Source: Catajapyx aquilonaris
Lineage: Eukaryota
Reading direction: 5' to 3'
DNA: 64,000 nucleotides
Assembly (NCBI GenBank): GCA_000934665.2
Contig: KZ538233.1
Coordinates: 1-64,000, forward strand
The notes beneath the pieces were generated by a model that worked only from the letters and a program-made list of their open reading frames with translations, was not told the origin of the DNA and did not search any database. Made by a program: the position numbers and the translations under genes. Below, one piece after another: positions 1 through 10,020 of this stretch (position 1 is its first letter; every line of letters starts with the position of its first letter).

Positions 1-24
1 TTCCAAAAAATTTCACACATCACT

Positions 25-96
25 TGGGTGTCACCCCCTTTGAGGGTGGCACCCGGTGCGGTCCGCACCCCCCGCACCTGCCTAGCGACGCCACTG
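25..96. mobile_element. Probable terminus of a non-autonomous DNA transposon (MITE-like), end reads CAGTGGCGTCGCTAG on the - strand
   Basis: GC-rich block gggtgtcacccc...gggtggcacccggtgcggtccgcaccccc...ctagcgacgccactg resembles CAGTGGCG-type MITE termini common in arthropod genomes (recognised from memory). The partner end would lie outside the window. Confidence 0.4.
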
Positions 97-279
97 CTTT
101 TAATTTGTTTGGTGTTCGCCACATGTCCTCAGTCATTGGCTGATCAGATGAGATCAGAAAGAGGATCAGATAAGACACGCCACGAGAAACATTCCCCTGG
201 ACATGCTGGAGCGCATTATGAAGGGTTTTGTCCGGCGCTTGGAGGAATAATGTGTTGCCCGAAAAGGTGGACATCTATC

Positions 280-414
280 CGGTGTTGTTTTCAAAAAGTG
301 ACTTTTTTGGACCTCGATCCATAAATGGCATATCTTTCTCTGTGTAGAGTAATTTTTTTACTTACGACATGCTGCGTCTTTTAAATCCGCCCATGACTTT
401 TGCCCCACCCTGTA
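280..414. mobile_element. Right end of a Tc1/mariner-like element remnant
   Basis: Ends ...gacttttgccccaccctg|TA (reverse complement TA|CAGGGTGGGGCAAAAGTC), a typical Tc1/mariner terminus with TA target. Left boundary uncertain. Confidence 0.4.
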
Positions 415-991
415 CAAAGTGCAGAAAGAGCATGCTGCTTGGTTCAATCAAAATAATAACACTTTCCATCGATTTTTACTTTGCCTTCTAGAAAAAGTCA
501 CTGGCATCTGTACAGCAGAGCAGCATCAAGGAATATATCGAGAGACAATCTTTGACAAAAAGAATGGTGCACCTCGCTCGTGTACTGCACCAGCATTTTT
601 GTGTTGTGATGGGTGGATCAGAAAGTCATCCTAACCAGGCGGCAACCTGCACAGCTCCTTCCTTATGAGGGACACGATCCTTCCAGGATAAACACACCCC
701 ACCCATCCAGTCAACACATCCTTTGATCACTGAGCTAATCTGATGTACACTTTCTCGTCAACTAAATAACACAATCACGATTTCATGTGAAACTTAGCCA
801 TAAGCTTGTCTTGGCCCTATTCGGCACTAAAGAGTTCAATAAATACTGTACATTTGCATGACTTGATTCGTAGAGAAAATTTAAATGCAAGATGATGTAA
901 TCAGCAGATGATCAGAAAGCGGAAGATGTGAATGTCATCATTTTTGTGCAGCATTGAACAGTATCTGTCACTGTTTGGCAAATACGGGGGT

Positions 992-1030
992 TATATAGCT
1001 GAGTGGTAAGAGTAGCGTCGTCAGCAGTGT
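992..1030 (+). promoter_or_regulatory. Candidate TATA box and initiator of the C-type lectin gene
   Basis: TATATAG at 992-998 and TCAGCAGT about 30 nt downstream, ~360 nt upstream of the signal-peptide ATG at 1387. Confidence 0.4.
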
Positions 1031-1386
1031 GGGCAGTCAGCGATTGGCCTGCACTTGAAGGAGGCAGCACCTGAAGAAAGAAAGTGGAGGAGACTAGGCA
1101 AAGGTGCGCTGCTGGGGCCTCGGCTCAGTTGTTGTCTGCCACTCACCCACTCTCCTTCCACCTCTCAGGGAAACAACTACCGTTACTCTACCAGGTATCG
1201 GTCAACTCTAATCCGGTGGACTCCTGATGGACTGGGGGGCCAGCCGAATGGGAACAAACGTCTTTGTGTGAATCGGTGCTGACTGTTCCTTGTGCTTGAC
1301 CAGTGGTCGTCAATCCGTGCTGAAGAAGACGGGGGGTGGCTGGGGGGGACGGTTTATCACAAGAAGAAGGGTGCATGAGGTGAAAT

Positions 1387-1495
1387 ATGGCTGCCTGGGG
1401 GTGTCATCAGAGGTTCGTGTTGTGTGTGTTTTTGGTCACCGCCGTGGCCATCCCCCTCGATGGACCCGTGTCCGGACAGAGGAGTCACGCTGGGA
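1387..1495 (+). CDS. C-type lectin exon 1 (signal peptide)
   Basis: MAAWGCHQRFVLCVFLVTAVA-IPLDGPVSGQRSHAG, hydrophobic core and A-x-A cleavage site, donor A|gtaagt, phase 1. Confidence 0.75.
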
Positions 1496-4400
1496 GTAAG
1501 TACCGCTTACTTTCTCGTCCTGTGCGTCCTTTATTGTGTCGGAAGTGCGTGCCGTGATGGACCGATTCATCTCCATCACTTTCACCTCGTGGAAACATAT
1601 GCACATCGCACATGCTCGCGTTCCACATTCAAAAAAACATCGCTGGGAATTTCTGGCGCTAAATTCTCTCTGGATGAGCAATAATATTTAACGACTAATT
1701 GCTTCTTATAACGGAAAGGTTACGGTAGTTGCCTCAATTTATGTCACGGACTACCAGTATACTAGTAAACTTGTACCGCGAATCCAGCAGCCCTTGTCCA
1801 TAATAACTGCCCTGTACATACTGGCAAGATGTGTTATTGACGAGTTTTTCCGCCCATTAAAAAAACCGCAGCTAACCTATATGTCACTCTATCAGCCTAT
1901 TTGTGCACAGAATAATGTCCCAAGGTCGGGACCTGCCCCGCCCGAGGCTTCGTCACACCTTGAGGGAATCGAAAGTTAGACTTCTTGTTCTGGTCTTCCC
2001 GTGGTGTGCGGTCCACTTTATTACATATATTTTTTTACATATATAAATATGACAAGTGCGATGCCACTCCTCCGATTGTTGTCCTTCCCATAGACAAGAC
2101 CTTCCGATTCTCGTGCATCGCTCTTCCTTTCACTTACGCCACTATTGTGTTTGATCCTTGTTAATCATGAGTCGTGACGTTTCACTGATTTCACCAGAGG
2201 CCTCATCATTTATTCGCACAATATTTTTTTTGGCCCCTTTCCCCACACGCATGTCTCAGAAATAAAACACACATAAGTCAAATATTATGACGAATAAACA
2301 AATGGAAAGATGTCAGCCAGCGGCTAATTCTCGGGGGGGTCTCCATTTTGGATCGGGGACACTGACTTTCTTCAGGGAGCCAAGGTTCTTGTCATTCATA
2401 GCCCAACACCAGCCTTATTTTCCGCCTATCATGCAAATGGCATACTTTCAGTGTCATTCTTAATGAAGTAATCAGCAATTACGTCAATGTGCTGTAATTT
2501 CCCTACACGTCCAAACAGGTGATAGATGACTCCAAAATTATACGCAACAATGGCGACTAAACCTTGGCCATTCCAGGTAGTGACTTCATACTATTGTAAT
2601 TACATTCAAGGGGTGAGCCTGCAAATAGAGTTGACAAATTTGGCCTCATTTGTCATTTTTAAAGCACAACAATTAGTTGCTTCTTTGCCCTACTTAATAG
2701 CAGATCATTCCACCTGCAGATTGTCATGCAGTTGGCAGCGGAATTTGTCTGAGAATCCGAAACCGGTTGGGCCTACTGACCTCAATTGTACCCCCCCACT
2801 TCTTATTTTGGAGTGTTTACAGAGGTGACAAGTCCGTACGGTGCTAGGACGCATTGGATGCGTGCAGACAACATAGAAAGGGAAAACGTTCCTTACGCAA
2901 TTCTCGATATATTGGATCTTATCGTGATCATCCAGGATTGTGTCGGCGTGGCAGAGGAATTTTCCCATGCTCTGAGGTAATACAGTTAGTCACGACTTTA
3001 GTACAGGGCCATACGGATTTCCCGGGGCTAATCGTGGGATGTCAAAAAATATATAGCACACTTCAAAAACCGTTATCCAAAAAAAAAACTTTCACGCACC
3101 AACAAAATACACAATGTGAGGTAACTTCTTCCGTCCCGGAAATAATTTTTTTTGGAAGAGAGAAATCCGTAGAATAAACAATGCAGCGGAAGTCAGATTT
3201 TTTTTTTTGGTCGGATTTTTGTGAATCTTACTGCAGATATGGGCTGCGAGGCTGCATCGGAAGGGTTCCAAAGGTCACCCATCGCTAGTGCGTGGAAGTC
3301 TTGCTGGGCAACTTTCACCGCGAGTCTTTTTGATTAGGGAAGTGGAGGAGGAGTAGGCCAGAAAAATATTGGGGATGAAAATTTTCGGAGGGGCGGTGGC
3401 CTCTTGTCGTATATATATATATAGAGAACATATCGGTCTTAAATTAGGCAGCCTGACAACAATTACGGCGAATCAGTGCTTTCTAATAGAGCCAGCGGGA
3501 GGGAAAATGTCAATGTGCAATTAGCCTATTCAGAAAGTGTGATTTCACTCGTAATTTTCTCCACCAATAAAACCACGTTTCATTTTTATTAGCATGTTTC
3601 CAAAAATATTCTGAATAGAAATCAGATTGTTTAATTAAATTTTTTTTTTNGTTCAAAGTCACACTTTCTCTGGAGGGGCCCGGCCACTTGAACTGATGAC
3701 CTCAAAAGGCTGTCCAAATCAAATAGGTGCTGGTCCTTCATAAAACGAGCTCATCACTAGGACCACACGTGTAAAAAAAAAAAAATGATGGAAACTACTG
3801 ATACTCGAGAGAAAGTGAGTTTTCAATTTTTGAAAAAAAAAAGAAAAAGAAAAAAACCCTTTGTTGTTGTTGCTGCTGCTGTTGTTGTTGTTGTGGGTTA
3901 TACCATCTTGTGAATGGAGGTGAAAGGCCAGTTCCGAAACGTAACAGATTCGCCATTTTGATAATCACATTGTAGGATTATACCAATGTTATAATACTCG
4001 AGTTGGCTTAACGGCCGTTAACGGTCATACGCCCTTATGATACGAATCAAATCGTGTGAAGAGGATCAACAAAAACAATTTGCACTACTTCTATCCACAT
4101 AGTATGTAAAGCAAGTAGTTACTATCAGATCAATCAAACCCGCAACCCACCCTTTCACTTTCCTCGCCATTTATCCCAAATCCCTGTCCGACTTGGCACA
4201 CAATATATAGTCGGACAATAAAAATCCGAAAAATTATAGCCCAACAATTCGGCCCCATAAAAATGGCCTCAGACACCTTATGGCTGATGTTCGAAAAATT
4301 CCACATAAATTTACCGCACTTGGCATTTTAATTGCTGGAAATGTATAAAAATAATAAGTTGCTATAGGGGGAGTGTCTGGACCGTGTTTCTTCGTCTTCT

Positions 4401-7400
4401 TCCTTCCCAAAGCTGAAGCAGGTGCCCTTTGAGAAATCGAGGCCAACGGGATAGTCTACCGACTGGCCAAGGCTGCGAAATACTGCCACTTTTGGGTTGC
4501 AGCAACAAATTTTTTTTTTTTGTGCACGCTCACCCCCTCAAGGCAAGTCAGGTCAAAGGGTTGAAGACGTCATTTCAAATGTCTTTATTGGACATATCCG
4601 CCTGTTGCAACCAGTGTGTGGGACGATATTGTACCACCCAGTTTAAAATCCGGGTCACGAAAAAAAATAACCCCTGAAAAATTCGCCGAATGGCATCAAT
4701 GTTGCAATTAATTGGACATACGTCAGCAATTTCACCTAAATTTTTTCTCTCTCCAGATGTCCAACGCCTCGTGGCAACATTCCTTTTAAACTTTTCATTG
4801 GCAACCAAGTGACCTCACTTTCACCGCTCGTCCGAAAGAACCGCATTCAATTAGCTTCTTTTGCCACTGTAGGAAATGACATTAACCGTATATACAGTAG
4901 TTTAAAAAAATGCCGCCTCGATTCACCTTTATCCGTTTAAATTTCCGGCTCATAAAACTCTCCGAGGTGAACTTGTACCGCCCCATAAAAGTTGGGAACA
5001 TCGCTGTCAGCATTGTATGCATGACGATACAAGATGCTGACAATTAGTATAAGAGCGCACTTTGCTAAAAAAACATCCATCATCTAAGTGGCCAATTTAC
5101 ACCCAATTCTCCGACAAGCACGAATGGTCCATGGTCACACCTCGGGGCTATTCCTGACCTTTCTGTTCTCCCCTCCTTGGGACTTGACTCTATGTTGCGG
5201 TGGTTCAGTTCTCAAAAAATTCTTCGGCACTTTATTGTAAGACAAGGGAAGGTCTTGTTGGTTACCCCGCTGGTTGAAAACATTTTTCTGTGCACAAATA
5301 AGCAGATTGACCTTCCATTGACCTTTGTTGCCCCCCCCGAGTTTAGTTTGTAATAAATGAACCGAACCGCCCCAACGCAACTGAGTGTTTTGTCCCGTCT
5401 TCCCATCTTCCCTAGGGTCCCGGCCAGCTTCTTCCACTTCTTCGGCGGTCAGCAGAGACTCCCAGCAGCAGTTGCTGGTGCGGTACCTCCTGAGCAGGCT
5501 AATCACTCCTCCTGCTACCCTCCGTCCACCGTCCCCCCTGGCACCCACCACACCAATTCCTCCAACCCAAAGGAAGCTGCCTCTACCACCACCAGTACCC
5601 AGAGCCAGGAAGATCACCCCACCCAGGCTGTACCTCCAACACAACCAGAAGCAGCCGGAACCAGAGTACGACGACCAAGACCAAGATGACCACTACCAGG
5701 AGTACGACTATGACGAAGACAGGCCACCAGATGAGGAAGAGGAGGAAGACAGTGGTGGAGGACACCACCAACCGGATGACGACCCCAGTTCGACCCCCAG
5801 TATATGGGACAAAATATGGGTTCGGGACAGGAACAGACCCAGGCATTTGCCTAGGACGTTACCAGGGCTGAACCGGTTGTTGGGGGAGATACAGCAGGAG
5901 TTGGACGCAAATGCGAGCAGGATCCAACACCATCAGGGTGACGAAAGGAAGCTGCAGGAAGAGGAAGTGTGGAGGTGGAGGGGTGGTTGGGAGGAGGATG
6001 AGGCAGTGCTGCAGGGCAATAGTTGGGGTGTCCCACGGGGCAGGGACCACGACAGGGATCCTCAGAGTGGACATGAGACTCAGGATGCCTACCATGTGGT
6101 GTTCCCTCCATTCAGTTTCGACGACAATTCAGGTACCAAATAGCAGAGTTGGGAGTGAACCACTGCTTTAGGACACACCCTTAACCTCTTGCCCTTTGGC
6201 CAAGGTCTTAAGCAGTGGCCTAATTATACACATTGCATTCCGACCCACTTTATAAAGGGCGGGGTCCGCACTATTTCACACTATTTTCCAAGCGCAAAAT
6301 GTCACGTTCATGGTAGCAGTTTAATAATTGTCCTTGAATCGTATATTTGGCTGCAAGTCAAACAAAACAACATCACTGCCAATTACCGCCCATGAATATC
6401 CAAAATGGCAGGCTGACATTTCCGAGTTTGATTGGCATGGTGTGCGGAAGTATAATGATGACAGGGATATGCATTGACCTCACCTTTAAGATCAGGGTCA
6501 TTTTTATTACGCAACTTTGAAAAAAACAAACGTGGCATTTAGGACCGAAAATATGAACCCGACTGGCAAGTTGGGTTGCATAACTGCCAGGAGACACTGG
6601 GTGTGTCGTCTAAGAATACAGCTAAAAAGAGGGCCACCTTGGGCCAGTCGCAGCAAGGGCGTGGTGACCTCACCCCAGGTCCAATACAAGGTCACTGTCA
6701 CATTTTCCCCCAAAATTCACACAAAATTTTTCGTAATCATTACGTAAGGGATTGCAGTAATTAAGGCGAGCAGGATATAAAAGTAAAACGGGATCGGTTC
6801 CAGTAGCTAGTCGCAAGTCACCAACAAAAAGCAGTGCATGATTGGTGATGTTTCTCAAGAATCCTGCTGTGTGCAGATTTTACTGCTCAGCAAGGTTTCC
6901 CTTTCTCTTGCAGTCTTGGCCGGTCTTGGCCAATATTCAAGTTCCGCGTGGTGTTGGATGATGATGATGAGGAATACCGCACCATCAAGCTGGACTGTTC
7001 CTCACCTTGGCATTTACAAACAATAAAATATATATTTCCTCCAAATAAATATATTCGCGATTTTTAAAAATATTAAATTGCCCCACCAAATGTCACTGCA
7101 GCCAAATGACCCGCAGCCAATTGTCCGGCAGCCATCACTGTCCTTTCACCGTCTGGATCTTCCACAAAATGGGCTCATATATTTTCATCCTTCAGATGCA
7201 CAACATGATTTATGATGTACGATTGAACAAAATAGTCTTCCTGGAGAGTGAGGTCTTTTCATATGGCTGCAGAAGATGCCTTTTGGTTTTACGAACAAGG
7301 TCCTGGCAGGGAGGAATTCGAAGGTGTGCAAAAATGGTCGTCCTTGAGAAGTTGCTCTTCTCGAGCCTTGGATTGCAACGGGGTGAAAGCGAGAACGGAC

Positions 7401-10020
7401 AGGTTTTCTAAGGGGTCGGTACCGGTACACTCTGTGACAAGCGCATAGAATTAAAAAAACCCTCTGGGCCAAAAAATAGGCCCTATAATGGTATTTGCGT
7501 GCTGAAAATTGATATCACCGTGGCCGATCGGTATGTCGGCAATGAAAGTGTGCAATTATCCCGTTTGCTAGAATTTTTATGCTTGAAAATTTTCGTGAGT
7601 GACATAATCCCCCTCTAGGTGCTGGGTGTACATACTGACTTGCTACCTTGAATTGCAGGTTGCGCCAACTGCATCGACGATGGTTCCAGTTCGGCGGCGG
7701 CCAAATGGACCATGCCCTTCGTCAAACTAGGAGACAAGCGATACTACCTGGGGATCTTCTTTAAGGTGGGAAATATCGAAATGTCAGAGGTCACCAGGTG
7801 GCCCTCTCGCTTTCACTTGTACAGATCTTAGTCGGTCGGGGGCCGCATTCCAAATATATTCGCACACACATTTTTTACTAAATTCGCAATGACCTTACGC
7901 ACCCGGAAAAGCCCTGTTGGGTATGGCCCCGGACATAACCTGCAATCGGCAGGCAATAATTCCACCTACCTGCAAGCAACGGAATTTGTCCTTCGTATAT
8001 ACTAGTCTGCAATTAACTCACAATTTTGTGCGTTATCCTACACAGAAAAATGTGCCCACATTATTCTGTAAAGGACAACACAAAAAAATTGTTTGTAGCA
8101 ATTAGCGATTTCACCATTGTACAATCATCATTATTTCGTAGTGCACGCCTCTTTTCACTCTTTTTTATTGTTTTGATGATTACGTTTTAGTCGCACTTTC
8201 GGGCCCTGTTTCCTATACCGCACCTCTCAGGCGCCGTTTCAAATCAAATGATGTCAAAATGGCATTGTTGCGACCGCACCTATCTTCCCCGTCACACCTG
8301 GCTTTGAATGCATGCTGCAATTTTTCACCGTTGCACCAACACACTGACATAAAAGTCTGCCTAAATTTATTGACGCTATAGGACAGATAAAATATCCTGT
8401 TCGCAAGGCACTAATGTTCGGTGTCGGTGGCAATTCGGGTCACTTAAAATCGTTATCGGACGGAGATCCAAGTGCTGTCAAGATTTTACCGCCCAGATCA
8501 AACGCATTTTGAATATCTAATTGTTGGGGGCAAGAATCACAGTCCGACGCATTTTCTGCTCAGATTAATGGCCAATATTTCGCACCATATAAATTCCTGG
8601 GTTATAAGTAAACGACTTGCGTAACAGTCTGGGACAGGAAAGTTAAACATTGTAGCCAAAACAAATTAGGAACAATATTGCGTGTCTTTCATGGAACAAA
8701 GTGGAATGCAAAGTAACCTAAGGCTTTACGGAGCCAAAAGCACCCAAGGCAGGTTGAACTAGTTAGAATGGAAATCCAATCACTCAGTTACGTAGTACAT
8801 GTCGGATCACTTTCATTACCTCCCCTCAAGTGTCACTAATGTCCTACCAAATATTGCGAAACAGAAATGCGCATATGTGCATATGTAGTTGCCTAACATG
8901 CGCCTGCTTGCTTGCACCTGCACGCTTGGTTTATTGGTTACTGGACGCTACCACCAGATGCCTCTCTTCCTCCTCTTCCCACGCTGCTTTGCTGGTAACG
9001 GTTTTTCCACTGGCGGTTGGACCATGGTATAAAGCGGCTATGTCTTTCCAGGCAAATTGGCATCGCGCCCAACAGTTCTGCCGATATCATAGTCTAGAGC
9101 TGGCCAGCATAGACAACGCAGAGACGAACAAGCTTCTCCAGGACCATGTAACCGAGCAAGGTACTCCTCGTTGGCGGTACCTCCTACTTCCTTGCCTATC
9201 CCATCCTTCTAACTCGGGCAGATAGGCGCGGATAGACGCGATAGTATGGCGCCTCAGAGACGGAAACGGGGCCTGACGATAGTGCAGGGGAACTGTTGAA
9301 TGACAAGTAGGTCGTTTTGCAGGCCAACTGGTTCAAAGGAGCTCAGTACTGCCGTTACCACGGGATGCACCTGGCTAGCGTAGAGAGCCAAGAAGAGAAT
9401 GAAAGGCTCAACAAATACATTCAAGACTTCGGTAAGTAGATGTGTATACAAGCCCAGCAGCTATTTGCACGAAAAGAAAGTGGACAAATATCGCCATAGA
9501 GGCATCAAACTAATTGATCGCTTCGGAAGGTAGGTTTCCTTTTACTTTGAAGCATGGGTCATGTACTGCATGGTATTGCCCAACCTTATGTCGAAACAGA
9601 TGTCATAAAGCTAGGCATGCGGCTTCAACAACCTCCGCGTCAAGAAAGTCATCCTTACTTTTTTTTAAAGCATGTTTACACTCATTGTCAGTTTTAACAA
9701 CGCCCCATCCAATATTAACACACGAACCAAAAAAGAGAGACATAAATCCTATTCTAACTCAACGCTCTTGTCCAGGGCTTGGTCACGAGCACTTCTGGAC
9801 GTCGGGAACCGATCTGGCCGAGGAAGGCAGCTTCTTCTGGATGGCCACCGGCCGACCTTTGACCTACACCAACTGGAACGCAGGAGAACCCAACAACTTC
9901 CGTTACGAGAACGGCGAGGAAGAGAACTGCCTGGAACTATGGAACCGAGATGGGAAGGGCCTCAAATGGAACGACTCGCCGTGTTCCTTCGAGACATTCT
10001 TCATCTGCGAAATCGTCTAA
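1387..10020 (+). CDS. Secreted single-domain C-type lectin (EPN/WND, mannose-type), conserved insect-type CTL (resembles Drosophila CG9134 from memory)
   Basis: Exons 1387-1495, [5416-6132], 7659-7765, (9052-9160 or 9323-9431), 9776-10020. All GT-AG with matching phases. 428 aa with exon 2, 189 aa without. CTLD: KRYYLGIFFK-ANWFKGAQYCRYHGMHLAS...FWTSGTD...WNAGEPNN...ENCLEL...KWNDSPC...FICE. Confidence 0.92.
3861..3893. repeat. (GTT)n/(GCT)n compound microsatellite next to an A-rich tract
   Basis: ttgttgttgttgctgctgctgttgttgttgttg seen directly. Confidence 0.8.
5416..6132 (+). CDS. C-type lectin exon 2, Pro-rich/acidic low-complexity cassette (239 codons)
   Basis: Acceptor tcttccctag|G, donor TCAG|gtacc, phase 1-1, open in the frame of ORF 5385-6143, joins exon 3 in frame. 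Confidence 0.7.
7659..7765 (+). CDS. C-type lectin exon 3
   Basis: aattgcag|GT...AAG|gtggg, encodes CANCIDDGSSSAAAKWTMPFVKLGDKRYYLGIFFK (start of the CTLD). Confidence 0.9.
8193..9285 (+). promoter_or_regulatory. Long-range intronic complementary pair (8193-8237 with 9246-9285) flanking exon 4A, candidate docking/selector splicing structure
   Basis: 8199-8213 pairs with 9262-9276 (15 contiguous bp, 2 G-U). 8224-8237 pairs with 9246-9259 (13 of 14, 1 G-U). 8193-8197 pairs with 9281-9285. All colinear and antiparallel. Confidence 0.65.
9052..9160 (+). CDS. C-type lectin mutually exclusive exon 4A
   Basis: tttccag|GCAAATTGG...CAAG|gtact, 109 nt, ANWHRAQQFCRYHSLELASIDNAETNKLLQDHVTEQ, paralogous to 4B. 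Confidence 0.85.
9323..9431 (+). CDS. C-type lectin mutually exclusive exon 4B
   Basis: ttttgcag|GCCAACTGG...TTCG|gtaagt, 109 nt, ANWFKGAQYCRYHGMHLASVESQEENERLNKYIQDF. Confidence 0.9.
9776..10020 (+). CDS. C-type lectin terminal coding exon (EPN and WND motifs)
   Basis: tgtccag|GG, GLGHEHFWTSGTDLAEEGSFFWMATGRPLTYTNWNAGEPNNFRYENGEEENCLELWNRDGKGLKWNDSPCSFETFFICEIV*. AATAAA at ~10180 and ~10676-10696. Confidence 0.95.

Noticed and set aside
2823..2976. AG...GT-bounded open segment in lectin intron 1
   Set aside because: 154 nt, phase 1-2, would shift the frame, and has no recognisable homology.
4008..4021. 14-bp palindrome ttaacggccgttaa (also a ~9-bp stem at 44553-44582)
   Set aside because: Short enough to arise by chance in 64 kb and has no supporting context.
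5135..6171. Stack of overlapping ORFs that superficially resembles a viral overlapping gene (E4-like Pro/acidic protein)
   Set aside because: Explained by one GC-rich low-complexity exon with in-phase splice sites to the lectin. No viral hallmark motifs.
7106..7472. Short ORFs and an acceptor-like site in lectin intron 2
   Set aside because: The phase-1 frame hits an early stop and there is no convincing donor or domain.
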